The translations under genes were made by a program, and so were the position numbers. This document shows positions 1-12,043 of a DNA stretch of 45,120 bases, one piece after another. The stretch spans positions 62,001-107,120 of the forward strand of contig KZ538181.1 of the NCBI GenBank assembly GCA_000934665.2. Direction: 5' to 3'. The stretch's first letter is position 1. Every line of letters starts with the position of its first letter. This DNA is from Catajapyx aquilonaris (lineage: Eukaryota). The notes below the pieces were generated by a model that saw only the letters and a list, made by a program, of their open reading frames with translations, ran no database searches and was not told the origin of the DNA.

Positions 1-2429
1 CAATTTAAAAACTAAAAAATGCCCAATTTCAGGAACGTATAAAGCACATTGTGCACCATCCCATCCTGTGCTCTCATGTGTACAAGAAGGAAGGGATGAA
101 CACACAGGCCCTCCATTAGGATTAAGCGGATATTTGATCAAGATTTATCCCTATGCGAATTCCTCCTGTTTTAATTCCCCCAAGGAATAACTGCTTGCAA
201 ATAGCATCAGATGGGTTAGTTGGATTAAAATTGATTCTTGTCCCTAATACCCAATGTACATGAGCTCTAGAGAACGGTATTAAAGACAGGGTTTGGTATA
301 TCCGCAAGTTGGGTTTCAAAAATCAGAAAAAAAGGCTAGAAAAAAAAAGCGGCCAGCATTGGACGGATGGTATTGTTGCCCAAAATTACAAGGAAGAAAC
401 AACGAAGTCTTCTCGCATCTAGGTGAGAAGTGTGGTCGCATCTTGGGGTTGTTTTTCACCCGAATCAGACATTTGGTTTGAATTTATGCCTAATACAGCG
501 TCGGCTCCCTCGCATTCCCATTGTCGCGCGTGATTTGCTCAAATGGGTTTCTTTTTCGCGCCGCTTCTGTACAGCCGCGGTATTTGTGGGACCATGGTTA
601 AATAGAAGTTTGTGAAGCGCGATGAAGGTTTCGTTGCGTTGAAAATTGCAGCACCCGCAATAGTGGGACTGCGGTAGACTGCTGCTGCGGGGTAGGCAGG
701 AGGGGGAGGAGGGGTTACAAGCCCGCCCCCCCCCCCCCTCTCCATTAAGCCAAATGAAGAAACCTTTGCCTGGTCATTGTTTACACTACTTTGATGTTAA
801 TTGCGAGCCAAGATCGCGTAACTTTTCTTGGCGTTGTCCACAATTCCTTTAGTAACGGGGTGCAATATCCTGGTAGTTTTTATGGAGAGAGAATGTGGGG
901 GGTGGTGGGATAGGTGGGGTAGTTTTGTGTACTTTTTTTTGGGTTCACAGTGTGGCGTAGTTGGGAGGTTGTCCGGGTGTTAACTTTCAGAGAGAGGGGG
1001 GGATGTGTCCGGTTTTAGTGTCGGAGGTTATACCTACATGGCTCCCCTCTCCACAGCCACCCACCATCCCCTCTTTTCTCCCGGTCCTGTTTGCCCAAAG
1101 CTGGAATGCAAACTTTTTTGCTCCAGAGCAAATTTGCGACGGTGGGATTTTAAGCGCTTTGTTTGTTGGTTTGAATGGCAGAATGAGCGTCGGAGTAGTG
1201 TGTTTCACGTTGTGCTCATTCGTTAAGGTGTAACTTGTGAAACAGGGGGGAAAGCGGTTATTCGCATTAAGACCTATACTGTCATATTGCTTTAATCAGT
1301 TTAATGAGTGTGAAGAGAATGTGGGAAGTAATAATGGATCATGACTCAAGTACACACTTGAAGTGATGGGGAGTTGCAGGTTGAAGTGTCAGCAGAAGCA
1401 ATATATTGAGGAGGCGAGGTGGAAAAGCGGTCAAGTTTGTTATTGAGCAACAACGGGGGTTACATGGTCGATGTACTGTAGAGTGATGCTTATAGAGTTG
1501 TGGTAATATACCGCTCTACCTACTCGTAATAATGAAGTTGCAGCTGTGGAGACCACAACATAATTATGTCAGGTTACAATTTTGGAGAACTTATGAAAAG
1601 TGTTTGACTCATTGTTATTCCGATGCAATGATAATATTGGGGAGATGATATTTATGTACTTATCATCATCGTAGCTGTTGAGGTTGATGGCGATGCACCC
1701 ATAATCTTTTAACATGGCAGTCCTTTATTAATAATCAGGAATCTAGTTGTGTCTATCATAATTATTTCAGACTCGTGAAGAAAGCGATCCATGGGCAATT
1801 AATTTTTATGGGGCTGATGCATGAGAGCCAAGTAACAGATGCAGTTGGATTCAACTATACGCCTTAGGCAGAAAATATGTTATGAGTTCTGTGATAAGCA
1901 ATGCCTTTAATCTGATGGAAAATGGCTCATGAAATTGTTAACAGTTTTGAAATAAATAAGAATGGTACAATGGGGGGGGGGGNGGGGGGGGACATCTCGA
2001 AAAAATTATTTCACTTGGTATGGTATACGGGAGAGATGGACTATTCAAACACGGATTCGATGTGGCATAAAGACCCGTGAAACTGGCTTTTATGAACTGG
2101 GGCGCCTCGGGCTGTAGCTTCTACCTTAGGTGACTGACAGATTTTTATAGGCTACGTTATAACTGTGGGTCTTTTTAAAACATGATATCGGGCTATTTTC
2201 TCTAGACCTCAAGGCGATAGTAGGTTATGTCAAAAGGCCTACTGTTTACTGTACAACTAATTTATCTACTTGAGTGAAATTGAGTGAAAACTGTAATTTG
2301 AACTGGGCTTCGTGACATGATTTCAATTCATGAATATTCTCCACGTATTCAGGTATAATTTTGTTTATTATGTGGAATTGCGGTAGATTAATTATTGGTG
2401 AAGTTATTAATGATGGCATATTCTTGCAG

Positions 2430-2603
2430 AGGCCCGTCCACACTGCCCGTCGCCGTTCCATCGAAGCGGATGCTTGATCCAAGGCGACATCTGCATCTGC
2501 GAAGAAGCTCTTGTGTGCGAAGAAGATGACGACCCGTTCCCGTACGTCGACCACCGCGAGTGCGAATTGCAGCTGGCCATCATCTTGGCTAAAGGCGATG
2601 CAG
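2430..2603 (+). CDS. CRIM1: Internal coding exon of a CRIM1-like (cysteine-rich motor neuron 1 / crimpy-type) gene; six-Cys module following the IGFBP domain
   Basis: Seen: acceptor ttcttgcAG (2421-2429) and donor CAG|GTactg (GT at 2604). The exon is 174 nt, phase 1 to phase 1, with open frame xARPHCPSPFHRSGCLIQGDICICEEALVCEEDDDPFPYVDHRECELQLAIILAKGDA. Its spacing C-x7-GC-x6-CxC-x5-C-x5-PFxY-x5-C-x3-L closely parallels vertebrate CRIM1 as recalled from memory (PCNENLIAGCNIINGKCECNTIRTCSNPFEFPSQDMCLSAL). Orthology is inferred from this one module only. Confidence 0.8.
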
Positions 2604-4631
2604 GTACTGTGCATGTGGCAATTTGTGCATTTTTCCGCATGCAGTTTCACTCGGAGGTTCGTGTACATATGGGCCAGAGCACACGTTTTCCCGCTGTGTA
2701 TCCGGTACCCTTGTTGTGCATGTTTAGGATACTGGTGGGGTCTCTCTCGAAACTCGTGCTACCACTCCTCGGTTTATGTTTCCCATCGCGCATAATGATG
2801 GAACCATATGGCGAAATTCCCAGCTCCCTCGGTGCAGGTCCCCCACCTACTGCCCCTCCTCCCACTAAAAAAGAAAAAAAAATATATATACTATATAGTT
2901 TGGTGACACTTAACATGAACAATGCAGTGATATTATAGTGTCTTAATTAGGCTGTCTCGATTAATATGCGCTATTTTATTGGATCACTCGTGACGAATGA
3001 GATGTTCCAACACTTATATCTTGAGTCAACATGTATGAATCTGCCTATTATTTTGACCAATTGTTAAACCAATATTTATCATGCTACTGCACGTTGGTGA
3101 GCCTGTGAACATACAAGCTTCCCTCCGGGCGATTTTATTCTCGATTGTGAGGAATGTTTGTGTGGATGGTGGCCAGACCACCAGTTGGTGGCGCTGGTAA
3201 TTGAATGTAAGGTACAGTATAAGGGATCAGCAATAAGAAAGCCTGGACAGGTGGATATCGGATTCACAGACACGTGCAGTAGTATTTTGACATGAATTCT
3301 TTTAAGAACCAATGTGTCAAAATTACCCCTAACATTCCTCTTTATTCTCATACGATACGACCATGTTGGATGTCCCATAGGCTTTGTTAGTTATCACAAT
3401 CACCTTGCAATCACCAAATCTGAAGATGGACTTGACGTCATTTTCTCTTAAACCGATTTCGTGTCTGCGAGCCAACACGTCTTGTGATAAGATCAGTGTC
3501 ATATATTTAAAAACAATAAGTATGTTACATTTATCATTCAGAAAATAAGGCGCTTAATCGACAAGCACTGCACTTCCAACGCTATACCTCACCCTATACT
3601 GTATACTGCAGAGCCGGAGAAAAGAGGGCATGAAACAGACGTACGTAAGCCCACAGTATGGAGGGGCTTATTAATAGCATTAAATCGCGGGAATTGTGTT
3701 GAAGCTTGAAATATGGCCGGGAGATTACGTTTTCCAGGGAGGAGAATAATTGGAATCGCCAACAGCAAGTTATAGCTGCAATAGTATGACCTGAAATCGT
3801 CGCCTCCCCACCTCCCCCTCCTCTTATCATCCGCATGGAAACACGGAGCCAACTGATCGGCCCAATTATAAGAGGCCTACGAATATCTCAATTCACCCAT
3901 CTTTAATCAGCTTGTTATGCTCAACGGGACGGCAGAGAACAAATGGTAATGCGCCTCGTAGCCTACAGTCTCTGCCTGGAATTTCTCGTTAAGGAAAAGA
4001 CTCGAGACACCCCGACGGGCAAACTCCTCCTACCATGCCCTGTATCCTTCTCCTCCGGTAAATAAATGAAAACTCCCCTTGAGAAGAGAGCGAGTCGCAT
4101 GGCATAAAACGTGCATGGAATTCTGGAGGCAGTGCAAAGGCCCCCTCGTCTTGATCCCGGCGCCAAATCTTGTATACGCCTTGGTGGCAGTGCAGGACCT
4201 CGGACCGACATATTAGCCTGCAGATGAAGGAAGGAGGACACAAGTCCAGTGTTTACGGGAGCAATCAGATTGGGCCGTGCAGAGGTAGGGAATACGGAAC
4301 GGGGCGCGGGGGGGTCGTAAAATTGAATACGGGAGCTGGGTCCATGCCTGTTGTGGGACGGACGGTGTATTAGCTGGGAGTCATCTTGAGACTGGGAGAT
4401 GTCTAGCGGCTGAATTGTTTCTGCATATGAACTGATTTAGGCGATCGTTGTCATATTTGAATCATTTTGAAATATGTGGGTAAAGAAGACTTGTAGTATT
4501 GCCAGAGAAGCTGTCAAAGGTTCAGAATCTCGACCCTCACTCTCCTGTGTCTGTCACAAAGAGTTGCAGCCAAACATGTCCTGGAGTTATGCAGCCATCA
4601 TCACTTTAGTGTTTTTTTCTTATAGCTTAGG

Positions 4632-4850
4632 GGTTTTTAGACTTTTTCGAAGAAAAAAGTATTATAGAACGGCTCTGTCTGTCTGTCTGTCTGTCTGTCT
4701 GTGGACAGGTATCAGACAGACGGAGCCATGACTATGACTTTTTTCGAGCTCCCTGGCTGTCCCCTCCCCCACCACCCCCTATCCCTGACTGCCCATTCTC
4801 CACAGACCAGACAGACAGACAGCCTTGCTATAAGACTTTTTCGATTTTCG
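4632..4850 (+). mobile_element. Non-autonomous Helentron/DINE-1 (HINE)-like element remnant
   Basis: A 5' short hairpin actttttc-gaa-gaaaaaagt (4641-4660) is followed by a (TCTG)7 microsatellite and inverted CAGA copies (4713-4727, 4800-4824). The downstream segment ctataagactttttcg (~4828-4843) is inverted relative to gaaaaaagtattatag. This layout matches DINE-1/HINE elements (subterminal IRs plus a GTCY microsatellite). Confidence 0.5.
4674..4701. repeat. (TCTG)7 microsatellite
   Basis: Directly visible, 7 perfect units. Confidence 0.95.
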
Positions 4851-6133
4851 GGTTCCGGGTTTACTCTGACCTCCCAGTCCCCCCACCGCCCCCTCCCCCT
4901 GATCACCATTTCCCCCCTCCCAGTCCCGTGACTGACGTTGGGGACAATAGCAGTAAACATGAAAAAGTGTACTCTAATCACGCTCACGTGATTTGCCAAT
5001 CATGTTTCATTGCCAGCAGAAGAAGGGTCCAACTCTATTCCAATAGAAAACTACCAATTTCAAAGTGCAAAATTACATGTTAATCAGCATCTGTAGAATA
5101 TATTTTATCACGCAAAATTATGTCATGAAAGCATGGCCGTTCCTGTCATATAAAAATGTATGCATAGTGCACATAGTTTTAAAATGGCATTTTTTAAAAA
5201 TCTTAACCCCACCATATTTTCAGGGTGGAGTTGGACCCTTCTTCTACCGGGGCGTTAGATTAATTTTGTCAAGAAGCTGAATCGACCACGAGAACGTACA
5301 CATCAAGGGATCCATGGCACAATGCCTAACTAAATTTTGACTAAAATGTGGCTGTGATCTTTCTGCAAATCAAGTACGTAGGCTACATGTACACAGTGTA
5401 GAGGCATACTCCGAAATAAAGCATTACTCCAGACGGGGATGTACTGTAGTTCAGTATTATAGATCCCAGCTCTTCAAGAGGATTTCAGTCATGACCTAAT
5501 TAACTAAGAAATAACAGTGGATAGTATGGGACAGGAGAGCAAAGTTCTATCTATAATCTTCGCGCTCAGAAGTTGACACGGAAAGACAGGTTTGTGTAGC
5601 CCCATAGTGAAGAAATATTTTTATACCCTGACTATAAAATTGTGCAGCCTACTTTATCCTATAGCTTTGAGACGTCAAAATAAAATAAGAACTATAGCAC
5701 TTTGGCCTTCCTGCAAGATATGCATGTGAAACGTTCCCATCGATTTTGTCCTCACTGCTCGTTTCCGGCATAGCCTGTATCTATTCTCCATATTCCTATT
5801 ATTCATAATATTCTCCGAGGTATCTTAGTTTCTCACCATGCATAAATTCAGCCAAATTATCCTTACCCACCTAGAATCTGCCAGCCGTTTCATTTTTCTC
5901 TCGCTTTACCATTTCCATTTTCTGGCAGCGATAGCAGAAACTGACCAGAATATCGAACTTGTTTTGTGAAGATCTTAAGGAATGTGTTACATATATAGAT
6001 TCCCAACAAGTACAATTATTATTCTGACATTATTTCATATTTTAAGTGTTAAATTCAGATTTGAATGTTAATTTATTCTAAAATGGATAGGCCTGCATAA
6101 TATTAGTCTTTTTTTTGGGGGGGGGGGGGGAGG

Positions 6134-6143
6134 NNNNNNNNNN
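6134..6143. other. Assembly gap (10 N) inside a poly-G tract
   Basis: N run flanked by G homopolymers; single Ns also at 1983, 14612, 23786 and 43215. Confidence 0.95.
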
Positions 6144-9100
6144 GGGGGGGAGGCGAGCCACAGCATTTTCATCAAATCTATGCAGAGACTTGCATGCCGA
6201 CGGCGCTGCAATTTTTTGCGCAATGAGGCTTATCAAATCATTGGCATATCGACGAGTCTGACACTCCTGCCTGCTGCCCGCATTTTGATTCGTAATAAAA
6301 ATGCGCTCGTCCGGGATATGCCCTGTGGTTTTTTTTTTTTGCCAACTTTTCCACCCAAAAAGAGTGATGCTGTGATTGCACATTTTCGCGCTAGCGACAA
6401 GGGAAAGAAGTGTTTCATGGGAATATTTTTAGGCAACCATTAATGACGCATTACATTTTCATCCTCCCAACCTTCCCTTCCCTACAGGATATATGCAAGT
6501 TCCAGTATTATTAAGTGCAGATACCCGGGATGTGACCCGCCACAGGTTTGTGAAGTGTCGCCAGAAGCTGAATGTTGGAATGTTGGGACGCATTAATTCG
6601 GCGCTTAATGACAAGGCTGCAAGTCGGAAATGTCACTCTCAATGTACCTGCTGGATCATTTTCACACCGGATTTGGGATATACCCGGACGGTTCAGAGGC
6701 AGAGGTCTTTTTCGTCATATCGATTGCTGAAAAAATATCATTAATCCCAGCTGTCCAATCGCATAGGCTTTAGGATGTTTTACAGCAAGTTAATTAGATT
6801 CATGAAATGATTGGTAATTCGATAGCATTCAGCGGTCTGTGGGGTGTTAATTGTCACGGGTCACGTGGGCTACTGGTCCTTCATCAGTTGGCGCGATTCA
6901 CTGGGCCAGATAGCCAATGAATCTGTACGGTTGTCATTACTAAAACTAGGGTACTTTCACGTGGAATTAATAATATGCTGTATTAAATTATACCGGAGGG
7001 ATCCTGTATGTGAACAAAATTATTAACTGACAGGTATGAATGATCTCACTAATTAATGTCGCAGTTTCGCCTAAAGATCTCTTCCGGGATTGATTTTGTG
7101 GTTTATAGCAATAATTTATATTAGAAGGTGTTCCTATCCATATTAGGTGAAAAAGTGACACTTATTTTTTAAATATGCTTTCTGAGCAGTGAAAACCTGG
7201 GATTGCATGGTAGACTATTAATTAGTTGCAATTTTGTGAACTATTTAAAATTGCTACAGAAAGCACTAGGAACCTATCAGAATTTGAATTTTATGACTTT
7301 TGCAATATTGATGGTCAATATTTTTGAGTTTCACTTTGTCCACTAACAAAAAATTTAATGAAATTTAAAATGCGCGTATGAATGTAATATCCCATTCAAT
7401 ATGTTGCCACATTGTTCAGTGGACATTAATTTTATTACATATAAGTTTAAGTAATTATTAGTAAATATTAGACTGGAAAATTGTCCACAATCTACCATTG
7501 TCATTAAAATTAAAATTCTGGGAGTTTCCTAGCATATTAATGCAAAAAATTGCCACGCCCAGATTTTTCTTACTCAGAGAGCAGATATTTAAAAACCGAT
7601 TTTCACATTTTAAACTAATATTACGAATGACAACTTCCAATAAAAAAATATCATGGTCCACCACAAAATCAACCCAGGAAGAGAACCTTAAGTTTTAATT
7701 CGCACCCGATCCAAGATCTCCTGAATCGGCTTGCTGTCGACACCAGCCTCCAGAGTGGAGTGTGTCAGATGCTCCCCATTCGACAGAGGATTACAAAGGT
7801 TAATCACGTCGAATATTGCGACCAACAGTACCTAACACGGAAAAGAACGTGGATGGCCTCTTCAGTTGGCAAGGTTTTCTCCGATCCTCTTGGCAAGGAC
7901 CCGGATTCCGAGTGGTCGAGTCACGCCAATTCCTGCAATGACTTAATCCGGTTTGTATTTTTTTTTCCTATTCGTGTCGGTGCAGGATCTGGGGAAGCGC
8001 CTTGGGCTTGAGCGACCTCGAATCAGGGTAGCAAAGGAAAGGAGCAGAAGCAAAGTGCAACTCGTGAGGAAACCACTCGACACACCCTCCTCTTCTCTCC
8101 CACCAACCTAATCATTCAAAAAAAAAGTGCCTCAGGTTTGACCTACCAAAAACTTCTGATAGCACCAGGTCGATAGTTTTTATAGACGCAAGGATTCCTG
8201 ATGTTATATACGTTACGAGAAATTACAGGCACCAAAATTTTACTAATAATTAGCTGCACCACAACTATGAATTGTGAAAATTACAGTACAATATTTTCCG
8301 GTTTTTGAGACACAGTTATACAACCTCGTATGCATGTGACATGGGCAGATTAAAATCCCATTAACTAGATGTTTATTAATACATCGATATATGTCAGATT
8401 TAATCAGCTTAAAGCGATCGCATCTATTATTAAATATTTTCCTGCTATATTATTATTCAAGTATAACACAGCTCCAGATTTAGAAGAAACTCTAAAATCA
8501 CGGCTGCTCAGTGCAACCCACGGACGTGGTGCAACCCATGGCAGCATATCCCTGTAAACCACTTGGTCGATAGAATCATCTCCACGAAAAGGATCCATCT
8601 TGTCACATATGAAACATCAGGCAACAGAATGGAAGGTCGTAACGTTTGTGGATCTCAACCGCCTTGTAAAAGGTAATTTTTCCACTTTTTTTTTCTTTTC
8701 CCGGACATTGACGAGAGAGCCCTCATTGGTCCGTATTGGGGGGGGGGGGGGGTAGTTCGTGCCACACGCGAGATCTATCCAGAGGGCACTTTTGTACCAA
8801 CGGTGAAGTTAACACTAGGCAAACAGTCCTCCGGGAACAAATCGTTACCTGCAGAGAGCGCTACTCACACACGCTACAAAAAAAAACCTTCGGACCCCCA
8901 CTTTACCTCGTCTGCATGGGAAAATCTCGTAGATACTTTGTGCCAAAATTATAACTTGCCTCTTGTCACGACAGCACACCAGAGCCATAATTAATAAGGA
9001 TTTGGAAGAGGGATAAAGCCAGGAAATGAAGGGCGTTGCTCCATCCAGTTGGGGTCCAAACTTGACAATATTGGGCGCTTCCAAAAAGCTCCTTCAATTT

Positions 9101-9905
9101 GCAGATTGCTTCGTGTCTGAGGAAGTGCAGAGCTCTATTTTTTTTGTGTGTGTGCGATTTTTTTTCTGGTGGAAAAGACTCTTCTGCAGCACTGTACTGT
9201 ACTGTAGATCGAGTGGTAATGGATTGGGCACACAAATTTGATCGAACTGGGTCCTGTTAGCAGGTCATTGGAAGTGCCTAGGCGGAAGGGAATGTCATTT
9301 CCTCTTCGCAGTTGCTGTCAAAAGCGTATTAGGACTCGATGGCGGAAACAAGCGCCCATACTGGCGCTGTTTTGGTAAACCGCCACTTTGGGGAATTGGG
9401 GATGACATTCATTTTTTTTTGGCACACTGTTTTTTGGGGGGACGGTTTGCTAACCACGTACAGGCAGGTACGTGTAATGTTCCTGTAAGATCTCTTGGCA
9501 GAGAGAACCAGCAATAGTCGTTAAGCGGATGAGGCTTTTTGCCAGGGCGTTTTTTAAAGCTCTTTCGTCCTAGTTCAGTGATGCGGATGTGGAAGGCCAA
9601 GAACTCTTCAGGCGACCCAAAAAGAGAGGATTTAACTGAATTATCTGGGGTAGTAAATTAAATTGGGACATTTTCTTATTGCACCTGTGTCGGCCTCATT
9701 TGTTAAATTTTCTTCAAATTCGTTTTGGGCAACTGACTTGTGCTATGCGGAATTTTTGTGGGATTTCATAGGTTGATTCATGGATATTGAATACTGTAGG
9801 ATGTGGATTTCTGTGTCATTTGCTAGAACATTCCAGGATTTACTTGCGTGTCAACAGCATGTCAACAGTATATGTATAGAAGTCATGTGAGCATGCATGT
9901 ATCAC

Positions 9906-10583
9906 CACCTGCCTGTTATTGATCAGTATTTGTTTGACTCGCGGTTGTACTCTCGCCTTATTGTGCTTTGGATCCTTTATCGGGCACCTTTTCAGTTATA
10001 TCCAACAGCAATAAGTCACGGAACAAACATAAGAGGTGCAGGAAACATTTTTTTCCCACGCTTATTCACGTGATACACTGAAAGCAAGCTGCTTAACGTG
10101 CTTATCATAAGAAGGGATCGAATGAGACCCAAACATGACGGACAACCTACCAAGTCTCCAACATTACTCAGCCATTCCGATTTATTACACTAGTCCTTCA
10201 AGAGGTTAGGCTCTCACACTATTCCACCCACAGTGTACGTTTATGCTCCTGGTGGCCGTTGATTTCCCACAAGTTTGACATGTGATGTGAGATAGGGTTG
10301 TCACGCTAACACGATGGCAATTTCCGCCAGTCTCTCCTCTGCATAGCACAGCTACACCACGCTGGAAAGTGCATGCTTTCTTGAGCCTATGTTTGTTAGA
10401 TAAGGAAGCAATATTACATGGCTGATTATTATTTGTTGTTGAATCATGCGTATAAAGTCTGCCCTGTGGTCTCCTCTTAGGAACCAATCATATTTATAAT
10501 ATAACCATGTGGAGGGGGTTTCCACCTGTTCTAGGCAGATTTAGCGCACCCCCCACATAGATTGCTTAATGGACTCGTGGGAA
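9906..10583. promoter_or_regulatory. Candidate Notch-responsive enhancer: three Su(H)/CSL YGTGGGAA sites plus E-boxes
   Basis: Sites: CGTGGGAA (minus, 10053-10060), TGTGGGAA (minus, 10264-10271), CGTGGGAA (plus, 10576-10583). E-boxes: GCAGGTG (minus, 9906-9912) and CACGTG (10067-10072). Function is inferred only. Confidence 0.3.
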
Positions 10584-11775
10584 TTCCGAACTTTGTGCTT
10601 CAATTACCGGTGGATAATCTCATTAGAAACTGAAATTACCTATTTTTAGTGCGGATATTTGGCTTTGAACCGGACACTTTTTAAAAACCTTTTTAACAGA
10701 TATTAGGACTATGCTCCAAAGAATTAAAGAGGATATTAGAGACTATTACAGTCGATTACGGTATAGCATGCATGGAGTTCCAATATTAATGATAATAGTC
10801 GTTATTGACATTTTGGCATTAAGCTGCTAATTTTAAACAGTTGTTAAACAGTTACTATGGTTCAGTTATTTTAGTGGTTTCCAAAAGTATTACTGTAGCT
10901 GGTTTTAGGTTGAGTGGTCCATCCTTTTAAGTGCCTACAAGGTGCTCTGACCCGAAAAAAATGGTTCATTAAATGACTTTCCATGGGATTGCTCCAATAA
11001 CGTGCAATTATATCAATCGGAAATTCATTCCAATTCAGAGCGCTTCGAATATTATCATATTATCAATTAATAGCCTACTTTTAATGGACCATTACAAGTA
11101 ATTGCAAAAGTAACCGCTTAAAATAAGCATCTTAGTGCCAACAAAACTAGCCACTATAATATCAATTCTATAATGGATATGACTTCCAAGGGTATGAACG
11201 TTGCAATTTCTGCGATTTCAGTACCGGTCATATACTTTAGACGAGGGTCGGACAATCAGGTGAATCTGGTACATTACGTTTTTGCGTTACATCAACCGTA
11301 TGCACTTCATTTTAGAAAGTTTTGTTATAAAGGAAATAAAATGTTGAAAGATCGTTACTGGAAGCTCCCAGCTGTATTATTTCAAAAGTTTCTCTCCCAT
11401 TAAGTTGACAACTGAATTTTACGTAACACTCTGTCCCTTTCTAGCTCCTCCGAAAAATAATCAATAGGGTAAATTTTAAGGAGCGAGGAAAGTTGGTCAA
11501 GTCGCCTTTTCTCAAAACAAATACTAGTTGACATTTACGAGTACTAAACAGTTCTCGTAGCATGTTGCGGTGTTATCAGTAATTAGAGACTGAGAAAGTT
11601 GGGGGGGGGGGGGACCATGGCCTAATAATATACTTGGCCCAAAGTAGCCCATCTTAAAGGATAATAATTTTTTACACTTACCTATTAGCTAAATTATTAC
11701 CGGTATACTGGATTGTTTTATGGTTGGGAGCTTTCAACCTTCCATACAAAAGCGTAAGAAAATTATTGTCATATT

Positions 11776-12043
11776 AATAATAATAATGGATACCCCGTGA
11801 TAGGCCTCCTTGAACCTTTTCGGGGATCATCTTTTCATTTACCGACTTTAATCATTTGCCTGCGCTGGGATGGGTTTTGTTTGTGGGAGGAAACGAGAGA
11901 ACCCCAAGAAAACCCACGCGAACACAGGGAGAACCCATCGAAACTCTATCCACATAAGTATCCTTTGTCCGATCCGGGGATCGAACTGGGGACCTCAGAG
12001 GTGGAAGGCTGTGGCGATTACCACTAGACCACCGTGCCGCCCC
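11776..12043 (-). mobile_element. tRNA-derived SINE with V-domain-like central region (SINE A)
   Basis: On the minus strand: head GGGGCGGCACGG, A box TGGTCTAGTGG (12021-12031) and B box GTTCGATCC (11978-11986). The centre GTTCTCCCTGTGTTCGCGTGGGTTTTCTTGGGGTTCTCTCGTTTCCTCCCAC resembles the V-SINE conserved domain. It has an (ATT)n tail and a degenerate 16-bp TSD, aaattattgtcatatt (11760-11775) / aaattattttaatatt (12044-12059). Confidence 0.88.

Noticed and set aside
689..743. G-rich tract followed by C-rich tract (possible hairpin or G-quadruplex); many other G/C homopolymers
   Set aside because: Low-complexity runs are frequent throughout the window and several coincide with Ns, so their lengths are unreliable
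1005..1226. PVCPKLECKLFC looks like the start of an antistasin repeat (a CRIM1 domain type)
   Set aside because: No AG acceptor in front, the GF..D..GC..C.C half is missing, and it lies upstream of where such repeats belong
2474..2938. 154-aa ORF as a complete gene
   Set aside because: It starts at a TTG inside the exon and continues past the GT donor at 2604 into low-complexity intron; only 2430-2603 is credible coding sequence
6488..6596. Strong pyrimidine-tract acceptor followed by Cys-containing frame KCRYPGCDPPQVCEVSPEAECW
   Set aside because: The Cys frame is incompatible with the phase-1 donor at 2603, ends in a stop, and matches no domain I recognise
9312..9374. Possible 63-nt phase-1/phase-1 mini-exon (VAVKSVLGLDGGNKRPYWRCF)
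   Set aside because: The splice signals are plausible, but the peptide has no resemblance to CRIM1 and such pseudo-exons are common in long introns; needs RNA-seq
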